A stretch of 62,270 nucleotides of DNA, counting the filler. It is 10 parts of 10 records of this genome, joined end to end, with 100 filler letters (N's around TTAATTAATTAA, not from the genome) between each part and the next. Parts side by side here need not be neighbours in the genome. Positions count along the whole stretch, not along the records: positions 42,457 to 48,520 come from SRR7504441_14755; positions 48,621 to 54,915 come from SRR7504441_14767; positions 55,016 to 59,006 come from SRR7504441_14777; 7 more parts are not named here. One strand, given 5' to 3'. The notes under the pieces were generated by a model, which was not told the origin of the DNA, did no database searches, and worked only from the letters and a program-made list of their open reading frames with translations. Shown here piece after piece: positions 45,401 through 55,895 of this stretch; position 1 is the first letter of the stretch, and each line of letters starts with the position of its first letter. A program made the position numbers and the translations under genes.

Positions 45401-48400
45401 ACATTCGTTCGGCGCTTGCACGTACAGCGTCAGCTCATTCCTGGACATTGAAGGCGACGACTCGTTCACTCCGGCACTCAAGCTGTTAGAGGGCACCCAG
45501 TCGGAGCTGCTGAATTCGCTATTTCCGGCGCTGGTGCAGTTGTAGTGTTAACACTGGCTGATTAATCCCAACCGCAGACTCTCGGGGACGATTCGTATGG
45601 GCTGGCAAGCTCCATCTCCAAAGCCAGTTATCTCAAGTCACAGCTCGCTTCGGTCAAGCAGCTGGTCGGGTGACTGTTAAGCGCACCTGCCCGATTAGGA
45701 AACAGCTGTTAACTAACTGCTCTTAACACAGGCCTTCGCTCAGCATCTTTGTGCACTGCCTCGCTACAACTGCCGACGGCGAAGGCCCCCGCCAGCCAGA
45801 AGCGCGATATCCTTTCGACCCGGTGAGTGCAGCGCCGGCTAGTTGTGGCTGAGCATGGCGCAGGCGCACGTGCAACAGCAGCTGCGGCATGGGGCGGTGC
45901 TGGCTTCGCTCCAGTGGCAGCGGTTTGGTTATCCGATCTCGATGCCGGTCGACGACTTCTGGGATCGGTAAATACCAATAATAATAATAATTGCTAGTAA
46001 TAATAAGAACATAAGCAATGCCTGTAAGCCTATACATAGCATAGCATAGCTCTCTCCAGGATCTGGTACGGACACTGAACTCAAAACGTCTGTTGTGTAC
46101 AGTTACTACCATCTAGGCAACATGCGCCCGCTGTCTGAGACCCACCCTCTACCCAACGGGAGCAAGAAAGAAGCCGTTGCTGTCATCCTGGGCAAATGCC
46201 CCTTCGACCAGCACCACTGGAGGATCGGCACCCACTCTGTCTTCCTTAGACCGAAACCTCTCCATGTTCTGGAGGAGCTTCGGAAGGTTAACAACAGTTA
46301 GTGTCACACTAATCCCCAACCGCAGGCCATCGAGTGGAGCGCCGCCTCCTGCATCGCCGCCCGGATCAAGAAGCAGCGCATGTGACTGTCACAGCTTAAC
46401 ACTGTTTAATCAATCCCAACCGACAGGTACCGGTTCTTCCACGCGCGCAAGCAGGCTTTGCGGATGCTCCAGGTTTCCGTTAAAAGCCGTTAGAAAGCCG
46501 GCGAGCTGTGTGGCAGCCGTTTGTGCGGGGGGTGCTCACCAGGCAGCTGTACCAACGGGCGCTCGAAGGCGCATTTATGACTTTCTCCGACCGAGAATCG
46601 TCCAGTAACTGCTCGTACAGTTGTATAGTAGTGTACAGTGTATGGTGTAAGCACTTGGGTGGCACTAGGAGCCCTAGCCCTAGCCCTGGGCCTCTAGCAA
46701 GCGAGGCTGGTGCAGCATACAACCACGCAAAGCGGCTGGAGTCCGACAACGAGGCTCGTGAGCTGGCGGCGATGGCAGCTGAGGAGGAGCAATCCAAGGC
46801 ACCCGGGCGGTGCTATTGTTAGATCAGCCCGGGGTGCAGGTGGCCTGGGTGAAGATCGAAGCCGCGGAGTTACAGGAAGCGGCAAATATCGTGGCAATGT
46901 ACGATGCCAAGGTATTAATCCTCGCTAATAATAATAATAATACTCGTGGTGATTGTGCGGCGGTGTGTGACGTGGGTGGTGCAGGTGGAAGGTGAGGCGC
47001 TCAACGCTGTCTGGCGGCTGGAGCGGCTCACTGATGACATGGACGAGAACTCGCGCTGCTACTTCACGGTATGATAAACAGCTATAGCTAGTACGGGGGC
47101 TGAGTGCGGCTCAGGACCCTGCAGTGGAGCCGATGACAGTAGCGCCAGGATGCGAAGTGTACGGCCCTGCTGACCATACACACCAGCATCCGTGACAAAC
47201 ACCAAACCGATAGTCAACTGACACGGCCGCAGATACTCAGATTTCCACGAGATTGCAGCGCTGGCTGTGGACGCTGTGCGGTCGATTACAACTGACGTGA
47301 CCGAACGGGTGATCACGAGGGCGGAGGCGGAGCTCGAAAGGTTAACAGCGCATTCCCGATTAGGAAGGTGACGCGTGTTAACTCAGGACGCACCGGGAGG
47401 AGAACACGGCTGCGGCGACCATCCAGCACATGGAGAATGAGGACAAGTACATCAAGGCGGTCGAGGCGGCGCTCGCGGCCCGTGTGGTGTTAACGCCACC
47501 TTCCCGATTGGGCGTGATCGGTTAACAGGTGCTCACGCCCGGCCAAGAGCTTAACATGATGATTCAAGCCGAGTACGGGATGCGATTCAGGCAGCCTCCT
47601 GTGCTATTTATAGACAGTTCCAACGGCATTTGCAGGCAGCTGATCGAGGGCAACCGGAAGGCGATGGAGGAGATGGAGAAGCTCCGGCCTCCGGCGGTAT
47701 GTTAACACGTGTTCCCGATTAGGAAGGTAACACTGACGCAGGACGAGATCGCGTTCGAGCCGGATGCCGTTGACGGGCACAAGACGGTTAGGTTGAATGG
47801 TTATAACGGACTGAGTAGCTGCAGGCGGGCGGAGACTTGTTTGAAATGCTCAAGAAGGAGTGCGACAAGGCGATCGACATGGTATGTTAACAGCCGCTTC
47901 CTAATTAGGAAGGTAACACCGGCCGGCAGGTGGCTAGTGAGGCCGAGATCCACAAGAATCAGGAGATCAACCAAGCATCCAAAGAGCTCGGGCAGCGGCA
48001 GGTGTTAAGAGCACCTTCCTAATCCGGAAGTGGTGTTAAGCTATGTCACGGCAGAGCGGGCTGATTGTGGACGAGATTGTGGACGCGATTGTCCAACTGG
48101 CCGAGCAGCAGGTGTTAAGAGCACCTTCCTAATTAGGAAGCTGACACTTAACAGGGCGAATATAACAAAATGGTCAAGAAATCCATCGAAATCAAAGAAC
48201 GTCGAAAGCGCGAGATCGACACCCTCAAAACAGCCCAGACGCTCCAGATGCAGGTGTTAACAGCGCTTGCCTAATCAGGAAGGTAACCCGTTAACACAGG
48301 AGGAGATGGTCCAGCAAGACAAAGACCGGGCCCAGCGGCGCGCCGACCGTCGCGCTCGGCAGGTAGTGTCGCCAGCCCTGAGCTGTGTGGTGGCTGAGCG

Positions 48401-48520
48401 GAGCACAGGAGGCTGAGGCAGCCAAGGCGGCCAAGAAGGCGGCCGACAAGGAGGCAGCTCGGGCGGCCAAGGCTGCCGCGGATGCCGAGGAGGAGGAGGA
48501 AGTGAAGGTGTCGGTTGGGG
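42457..48520 (+). CDS. Divergent myosin (SH3-like N-terminus, motor domain, IQ motifs, helical tail), both ends truncated, ~45 introns
   Basis: Manual splicing gives one open frame with GVSGSGKS (P-loop), LDAFG...NSSRFG (switch I), SNFNVFYLL, LAAILHLG, RDALCRILYQRLF, NFSHERMQQHF, FGYP, IGTHSVFLR, LQPFVRGVLTR (IQ). Confidence 0.88.
42602..42642 (+). repeat. Motif intron, family B/C (TGTGCTATAAATAG + AACGG)
   Basis: 41-nt GT-AG intron restoring frame; shares core with 44332-44383, 44435-44483, 45132-45178, 45251-45296, 47591-47635. Confidence 0.65.
43477..43838 (+). repeat. Three adjacent family D introns (TGATTT...TAATCC/CATCC-GG): 43477-43526, 43622-43665, 43796-43838; also 42696-42735
   Basis: Shared TGATTT(A/T) repeats and ATCCGG(TGG)..CAG 3' ends. 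Confidence 0.65.
44240..44776 (+). repeat. Family C introns built of tandem YAACGGCWTT units: 44240-44279, 44558-44598, 44738-44776
   Basis: e.g. GTATCCCAACGGCTTTTAACGGCATTTACAACGGCATTCAG; a reverse-complement copy lies in intron 46473-46516. Confidence 0.7.
44332..44483 (+). repeat. Two highly similar adjacent family B introns (44332-44383, 44435-44483)
   Basis: Both read GTGC..CTGTGCTAWAAATAGCCGGA..TTC..AACTG.ATCC.AAC.GACAG. Confidence 0.75.
45670..45731 (+). mobile_element. Introner-like family A intron (GTTAA...CCCGATTAGGAA...TTAAC.CAG)
   Basis: 62-nt intron sharing core and ends with the 47341-48299 cluster. Mobility is inferred. Confidence 0.5.
47341..48299 (+). mobile_element. Cluster of seven introner-like family A introns: 47341-47386, 47487-47528, 47697-47741, 47882-47929, 48002-48054, 48112-48154, 48254-48299
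   Basis: Consensus GT(A/G)(T)GTTAA(C/G)-N6-8-TTCCYRATTAGGAAG-N-(GT)TAAC-CAG; quasi-palindromic. 48002 and 48112 share their first 22 nt exactly. Confidence 0.6.
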
Positions 48521-48620
48521 NNNNNNNNNNNNNNNNNNNNNNNNNNNNNNNNNNNNNNNNNNNNTTAATTAATTAANNNNNNNNNNNNNNNNNNNNNNNN
48601 NNNNNNNNNNNNNNNNNNNN

Positions 48621-49442
48621 GCCATGGCGCCCTGGCTTCGCTCTGTGCCTGGAGAGCCCAACGCTCACCGACTTCCGTTGCCAGTTGTTGTTGTCGCGAT
48701 CTGCCTGTGTGCTCCTTCAATGTTGGCCAAGGTTGGCTCTCGACTAACTCTCAGCTCGACCAGGCTGCGTGCCCAGGGTTTATGCTTTCACCCCAGGTGG
48801 ATGTTGAAAAAGCTTCTGGTGTCCTTCTTCGGCTGCTGACCGCTGCTCCTCCACTTGTTGCTCCTTGGGTCGCAACGACCAGAGCGCGCTGCGAGCCTTT
48901 GCTTGAGCTCGCTGACTTAGACCAGTTTCTCCCATTGCTGTGAGTCTCGAGACATCCTGCTGGAGTATGGCAAAGGGCTTGTTAACTACTGCCTTCAGCA
49001 CATTCTGGACCAAAAGTAGGGCGGAGGCAACCCTATGTAAATTGCGCCCGGGAGCCAGCGGCCGGAGCCCCGGGCGGGCTGCTCGACACGCTCGACCTCT
49101 CGCAGAACCTGCTCAGCGAGCTGCCAGAGACCGTGGGGTACATGCGTGCACTCTCGCACCTGGACCTAGGATACAACAAGCTCGGCGCGCTGCCCGGCTC
49201 GATCGGGAGCAACGTCAACCTCAAGACGTGACTGGCCCGGCCGGGTGGGGCGAGTGGAGTGCAGGCTCTACCTGAATGACAACCAGCTGCCGTTCTTGCC
49301 AGCGAGCGTCGTCCAGCTGCTGCCGCGGCTAGCCAGCTTCCGGATAGAGCCAAACCTGTTCGAGCTGCCCGAGGAGGCCCGCAAAGGCGGGATCAAGGCA
49401 GTGTGCACCCAGCTCAAGGCCATTTGCAGAGACCAAAATTGA
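48621..49442 (+). CDS. Leucine-rich repeat protein (5' part uncertain/truncated)
   Basis: LDTLDLSQNLLSELPETVG...LDLGYNKLGALPGSIG...LYLNDNQLPFLP. Confidence 0.7.
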
Positions 49443-50307
49443 CTTACCAATATTGACAGTCCGCGCACGTGAGCTTCGTATATCGGTGCCAAGCCTTATA
49501 CTCGTACGTATACATTACTGTACGACAAGTACGAGATTTCATGGCACGGCTTTATACAATCAAATTTTAATCAATTATGGGTTGCAATGCGGTATTATAA
49601 AGGTATGGTATCAGAACACTACGTACAAGTAGCGAGCTTTATAATTGAACTGCGCGAAGTGGTAATACTCGGAGCCTTAACCGTTACCCGCCAGGACCTT
49701 GCGCTAGCTGCTCGCATTGGGCGGTGGCATCGCTTGGTCCGGCGAATCCGCGGCCGGCCGCTCCTGGTCGCCCGCCACTGGTGCAGCCGCCAGCACTGGC
49801 CCATCGCGCCCTGCATCGCGTCCGTCCTGCTCCTGCTGCAGCTCCTGCTCTGTCGCCCCCTCCAGCTCCTGCGCGCCCTCCTCCCCCGCGCTCGCGTCGG
49901 CCCCAGTCGCGCCCTCCTCCGTAGCGAGCGGCTCCGGTTGCCTGCGGTCTGGCTGGGCGGGCGGCGGGCGGGGCCTCACCGGGGCTCCGGGAGCAAGTTG
50001 CCCTCCCGGTCGGTCGGCAGCTCCTCCTGCCCGGCCGTCCGCCCGCGCCCGGGTCGGGGCGCACCGCCGGCATCCCGGGCCGGATCCGGAACAGCCGGCG
50101 GAGCTCGGTGCAGCTGGGCCGGCCGGAGACCGGGTCCGGGTAGCACTTGTACTGGCGGAGCCGGAACAGCCGGCCCTCCGGCTCGCTCCACGCCACACGC
50201 CCCGCCAGCCAGCCCGCGCACCCCGCGGCCCCCCATACCGCCCGTCGCATCACTGGGAGGTGGGGAAAGTGGAGAGGTGGCGGCCGTTGCGTTCCAGTGC
50301 TCCAGTC

Positions 50308-51692
50308 ATGGCTGCGTACGATGAGGTGCTGCCTCGTGGCGGGGTGTGGGCTGACTGGGCGAGGGCAGACGTTCCCCGATCGGAGCCGGCGGATGTACAG
50401 CTCGGGCCTCCCCCCGGACTACTGCTACGTCCCGCCCACCCCCAACAACTTCGCCCCGACTGGCTCGATCTACGACGGCTACGAGGCAGCCGCCCGCCCG
50501 CCACTCGCGGCCAGCCCAGGGCCGCAGGCGTTCAAGGCCAAGAACACCCCGTCGCTGTACCGGTTCTCCACCACCTTCCAGGAGCGGAAGGCCCCAGAGT
50601 ACCCTTCGAGCCTCGAGACGCACGAGGAGACCCTGCGGCAGCTGCAGGCAGGCCCGCCTCGGCGGCCGGGCGAGCCTGGGGCCAGAGCGAGTTCAACGCG
50701 GTGACGGGCAAGTCGGTCCACCAGATGGAGCACGACCTCCGGATGGCCCACTTCGCCCCGCTCGACGTGGCCACGTGCCCGGCCCCTCCCGCCCCGCTGA
50801 CCGGCTCGCAGCATCGGAGCGCCCGACGCTATCCCGCCGCTGTGGAACGGGCGGGACGCGATGGAGACGGCCGCGCGGCGGGCCGGATACGACCTGTGGC
50901 AGCCGGGCACCAAGTCGTACATCGACAGGTGTGTTTGGCTGGCTGTCTCACGCTGAAGCCCAGGGCAGGCCTGTCAACCCTTACTTCAGGCGGTGCGTCG
51001 AGAACCGATTCGCGCCGTACCCGGAGCAGTCGTTCGAGCCGACCCCGCACTGGTGGGGGCTGGTGCCCGACCTGCCGGAGGCGCGCCCGGAGTCTGTCCC
51101 GCAGGTGGCGTTTGGGCTCGCGCGCGCTGAGCTGGGCCAGGTGCATCACGCGCTGGTGGTGACGGAGGAGCGCAAGCTGTTCGGCGAAGGGCTGCCCTGG
51201 TGGCACTGGGAGACGGTCACCGACACCGAGCTCCCGACCAAGGTGGTGTTTGACGTGCGCGACGAGATCATGGGTGGGATGGCCTTCTTCAAGGGATCCC
51301 TCCGGAACAACTTGCCCATGTCCAACATGGACTCGTGGGCCGCCGTCCGCTCGGCCGACACCTGGCTCGACCTGAGCGCCCTCGGCGGGATCGAGATCGC
51401 CGTCCGCGGCGACGGCAAGACCTACAGGTTTATCATTCGGACCCGCGACACGCGAGGCACGATCGAGTACACGGCGGTGATCCCGGCGAAGTCGTCGGCG
51501 CACCAGTGGCGCCTGGTGCGGCTGAACTGGTCCGACTTCCGGCCGTGCTACAAGGCAGGGATGATTGCGGGCGTGGAGGTGGCCCAAGTGGCACCGATCA
51601 ACCCAGCCAACATCAAGAACTTTGGGTTCGGGGTAGGCGACCGGCAGTGGGGCCCATTCCACCTCGAGATCAAGTACATCAAAGCGGTCTAA
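50308..51692 (+). CDS. CIA30/NDUFAF1-domain protein (multi-exon)
   Basis: DEIMGG...WAAVRS...LDLS..GGIEIAVRGDGKTY...GPFHLEIKYIKAV. Confidence 0.75.
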
Positions 51693-51949
51693 CTGATCTC
51701 CAGCGCACGCACTAGCGGGTTGCTCTATTTAGCTTTAGCTCAAGCTTCAATAAATCTATTATACCATATTGCTACAGTTGGCCGCAACCACTATTTTTTT
51801 TTACTGCAACGTCCAGAAGCCTTGGAAGCTTGCGGCCAAGTACCCTGGAAGATTAGATAACTAGTCATAGCCTGATCCTTGGCAGGAGTACTCCAGGCGA
51901 TACCGTACGTAAAGTAAATATATTACAATATTAGTGTACAAGCTGTCAT

Positions 51950-53830
51950 TTGCCTCATCATCAAGTCATGCGGCACATGCTGAGCCAGCTGAGGCATTCG
52001 AGAAGTCATGGCATAGTGGGTGCGTCCGTTGGCAGTTGTTGAGCGAGTATCGCCTCGATCCCGGCTTTGAGTTTTTCGATCGCCTCCGGAGCTGTAGATT
52101 CTGTCCTCCTGGGCTCAGCGGTTGGCTGGCCGCTCGGCACCGGCTGCAGTGCCAAACATCTCAAGCAGCTCAAGCCTGCTCTGCTGCGCCCGGAATAGCC
52201 GCTCGAGCCTCTCGCGCACTGAGCCGAGCTCTTGCTCTGCCGGGGCTCAGCCGGGCTGCAGAGGCACCCACCCAGCCCACTGCTCACGCTGTGCATCCCG
52301 TTGGTCTGTGGGCGCTCGGTCTCGATCACGGCTCGGGTGCAAGCGATTGTCTCATCCAGCTGGGAGTGCTTGCTCAGCAGGATGGCCTGCCGCCCACTAG
52401 CAGGCCGCCCACAGCACCGGTCCGCACCACGGTCTTGCTGTCCGCCTCGATTCCCTTCTCACACCCACTCACAAAGCTCTCCTCCGCACTGCTCCGTCGT
52501 GCAGCCAGCTGCTGCCTGCAAGCCGGGTCACACCCGGCGGTGGCGGCGCTCACATGAGCTCGAGCCTGCTGGCCTTGGCGGCCTCGCTGAGCAACCTGTT
52601 GAGCTCGGCCGCGGCTTGGGCGCAGTCGAGTCCGGCTTGCCAGCCGAGCAGTTGAGCCTGCTCGGCTGCCTGCCCAGCGTACAGCGGCTCGGCCACTTCC
52701 GGCCACGACTGGTGCTCCTTCACCCTCTCGGCGTGCAGCTCGGCCAGCCCGGCGTCCAGGCTCCGGCTCTGCTCCGGCCCATCGGCCGGCTGGTCGAGCA
52801 GCCGCCTCTCCTTCTCGAGCAGCTCAAGCAGCTTGGCCACCCGCGTCCGCTGCGCAGAGAGCAACTCGCTGCCAAACTGCTCGCGCCCGGTGGCAGCGGC
52901 ATCGAGCTCTTTGGCCAGCTGCTGCCGGATCCCTTCCAGCGTGGTCATCCCGGCCTCCAGTCGCGCCTCTGCCCCGGGCAGCCCCGGCAGCAGCTCGTCC
53001 AGTCGGGATATCAGATCCGAAGCCTGTCCTGCTAGGCTGGCTGAGAGTGCGCCCTGCTCGAGCAGCAGCTCCACCGCCGGGCCCGGGCTGGACCGGACCA
53101 CCACCGCCGCCCGGTCCGCCAGGTGCTCCAGCGCCTGCTCTGCCCTGAGCGCCGCCTTCTCCAGAGCGCGCTGCCCCGCTGGCACCGCCACTGCGCCGAC
53201 CATGCTTGCAGTCAGCCGCTGGATGGCCTTGCGCGTGTCTTGCCGGGCTTCGGGAAGCTGGTGGAGCAGTCCGGCCAGCTCCATCAGCCGCTCAGCCACC
53301 CGGTCCCCGTCCAGCCCGGCGGGTGCCTCCCGCTCTAGCCGGTTGGCCAGCGCCTCCCGCTCCAGCCCAGCCAACTCGGCGCCCAGCGCAGCCAGGCCCT
53401 CCTCTGTGGGAACAGGCGGCCGGTCAAGCGCAGCGGAGACCACTTGTTCCAGGCAGTCCGGCGCCTGGGACTCCGGCTGGGCCGGCGGGACCGGCTGGGT
53501 CGGCTCGGGCGGCGGCTCGACGTATCCATAGTCTGCGCCCCCGGCGGCCAGACTGGCCTTCTGGATAAGATCGGCCTTCTCGATGAGGCCGGCGCACGAG
53601 GCTCCGTTGCGGGCGCAGAACTCGCGCAGCTGGCGGACGGTCATCTCGTTGAAGGGCCGCGGCCGGCGGGAAGACTCGTAGAAAGCGTTCACGCTGCTCT
53701 CGATGGAGCCGTGGGCCGCCAACAGGTCCTTGGCCTGGCCCAGTGTGCAGCTGCACAGACCGCTCACCTCTGAGGCCTCCGCAGACCCGGCTGCAGTAGC
53801 AGTTGAGGGCACCTGACGCTGTGAAACCAT
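51950..53830 (-). CDS. UBA-like + coiled-coil hypothetical protein (3' end uncertain)
   Basis: QAKDLLAAHGSIESSVNAFY (UBA-like), MTVRQLREFC...GLIEKADLI, long helical region. Confidence 0.55.
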
Positions 53831-53944
53831 TTCGTCAGCCGGCGCTGCCCCAGCCGCACTTTGAGTCAAAAAGTCACTCCTGCTCGAATAAAATCGCGCC
53901 AAAGTGCGCCGAGACCAGGGGTTGCCAATAGCAAGCCTCTCGGC

Positions 53945-54763
53945 ATGGAGGACTCCTCGGCCGAGTGCTACGCCGCTCCGCTGTCCACCGCAGCACACAC
54001 CGGTGCCGGCAGCGCTGGATCGGCAGCGCGGGCCTCGCCGGATAGGTGGGCGCTGGCCGCGGGGCTCACTCCGGTGCTGGTGTTTGCCGTCACCTACCCG
54101 ATCGCCTGGGCCGGCGGCCACCTGAGCTGGGCCGGTGGCCTCACGCTCTCCCAGTCGATCGCGCTCCCCCCCGAGCGATTCATAGGCAGCTTTGGGCTGG
54201 CGGCTGCCTGTGGACTGGTGATGGTGGCGGCGGCACTCCGGCTGCTGTTCTGCCTGCAGCTGCTCGGGCCGGATTGCCCGGTGCACCACAAGTGCAGCTT
54301 CGGACTGGCCTGCCTCGGCACCGCCGGTACTCTGGGGGTTGCGTCGGTCCAGTGCGGGGGCGGCACGCCACAGTGGCACGCCCAGGTGCGCCCGGCGCCG
54401 GCCTGGGCCCACCGCTCGGGGCAGACCGACTATCAGTGCACGATCCACTTTGTAGCGGCTTACATGTGCTTTGTGGCCTTCTGCGTGTACGTGCTGCACC
54501 AGACTTTTGTGGTGGAGCGGCGGCTGGCTGCCTCGCTCGACGGCTACCGGACGCCGCGGTGGAAGCAGGGGCTGGCACTGCTGCCGGTGCTCTGCTTGGT
54601 GATGATGATGAGCGGGGTGCCGCGGGGCGACCTGTGGGAAGTGGCCATGATCCTGCTCGCGCTGGTCTGGCTGGCCAGCCTTTACGGCACATTCGGCGGG
54701 ATGCAGCTCGAGCTCAAGTTCGTTCCGTGCCTGACAGCTCACCGACCCGACCTTGCGCTATAA
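53945..54763 (+). CDS. Frag1/DRAM/Sfk1 (TMEM150-like) membrane protein
   Basis: LSQSIALPPERFIGSFGL, GTLGVASVQ, IHFVAAYMCF, WE in last TM. Confidence 0.65.
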   Translation: MEDSSAECYAAPLSTAAHTGAGSAGSAARASPDRWALAAGLTPVLVFAVTYPIAWAGGHLSWAGGLTLSQSIALPPERFIGSFGLAAACGLVMVAAALRLLFCLQLLGPDCPVHHKCSFGLACLGTAGTLGVASVQCGGGTPQWHAQVRPAPAWAHRSGQTDYQCTIHFVAAYMCFVAFCVYVLHQTFVVERRLAASLDGYRTPRWKQGLALLPVLCLVMMMSGVPRGDLWEVAMILLALVWLASLYGTFGGMQLELKFVPCLTAHRPDLAL

Positions 54764-55343
54764 CTAGCATATGCGCAGCACTGGCAAGCCACTCACGTTA
54801 ACCCCCCTGGGCTCCCGGACTCCTATGCAATAATAACTGCTTTTAACTAGTATCAAGCCCTAGGCATTACATGATTGTACGCCTGATGTGTAGTGGGTAG
54901 TGCCCACACCCTCCTNNNNNNNNNNNNNNNNNNNNNNNNNNNNNNNNNNNNNNNNNNNNTTAATTAATTAANNNNNNNNNNNNNNNNNNNNNNNNNNNNN
55001 NNNNNNNNNNNNNNNGCCAAGGCCCATGCAACGGAACTTCTCCTCACAAGTATTATAATTGATACGTATTGCTGTACAATAAAAGATTGGAATTGATTCG
55101 AATGCCGGGAGTATACTCCGGGCGCCGGCCTGATCCGATCCGTGTGGACTTATTCATTATTGAAGTACGTGTCATTTTATTCGCACGCTTCATACTCATA
55201 ATCACAACACCATCGTCGGGATGTAATAATCATACCGTACGTTCTTGTACTATACCTGCACATCAGATCACGTACGTGATGTGCAGTGTAACGATCCATG
55301 CCCGCGAGCATCCAACCTAGCCATAACCGACCAGCAATAGTCC

Positions 55344-55895
55344 TCACCGGCCCTTTTGACCCATCTGACCCTTCATCCAGGCGCTCCCGTGTTCCAGCCC
55401 AGCTCTCACGTCTTCCGCCACCACCCGGTCCGGCTTGCCGCCCACTGCATCCGCCATCGCCTTGGCCGCATCCCCCTGCAACCCTCCCGTGCCCGCCTTG
55501 TCGGTCAGAAAGCCCTTCACGTCCTTTCGGGCCGCTTTGACCCCAGCTTTCACGTCTTCGGCCACCACAGCGTCCGTCGCCCCGTTCAAAGAATCGAGCA
55601 GCGCTTGGGCCGCGGCGCCGCGGGGGCCGCCGGCGTTCACCTTGCTCTGGAGCCAGTTGGTTAGCTTTTGCTTGGCGTCGCCCGCCTGCTGCTGTACGTC
55701 GCCCGCCTGCTGCCGGCTGAACTCGTCGAAGGGTAATGCGGCTGAGTGCGGATTTGGATCAGCTTCGACGAGCTCAGCCGGCGCTCCGAGCACCGCGGCC
55801 AGACCGAGCCCGGCCAGGCAGAGGGCCAGCGCGGCCGAGAACCGGGGCTGCCGACACGCTGGTTAGAGGGTGCGCGGGGAGCGGCGGGGCACCAT
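55344..55895 (-). CDS. Small secreted hypothetical protein with internal repeat; intron directly after ATG
   Basis: ATG|45-nt GT-AG intron|PRFSAALALCLAGLGLAA signal peptide; VVAEDV(K/R)AG occurs twice. Confidence 0.55.

Noticed and set aside
46671-46687. Telomere-like (CCCTAG)n; similar short tracts near 3890-3912 and 24864-24875
   Set aside because: Only two to three imperfect units, internal to introns or intergenic DNA.
47341-48299. Palindromic repeats separated by unique spacers resembling a CRISPR array
   Set aside because: The 'spacers' are in-frame myosin exons, the repeats are degenerate GT-AG introns, and there are no cas genes.
42457-48520. Region looks non-coding or pseudogenic in the ORF track
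   Set aside because: All stops and frameshifts are removed by GT/GC-AG introns, leaving one continuous frame.
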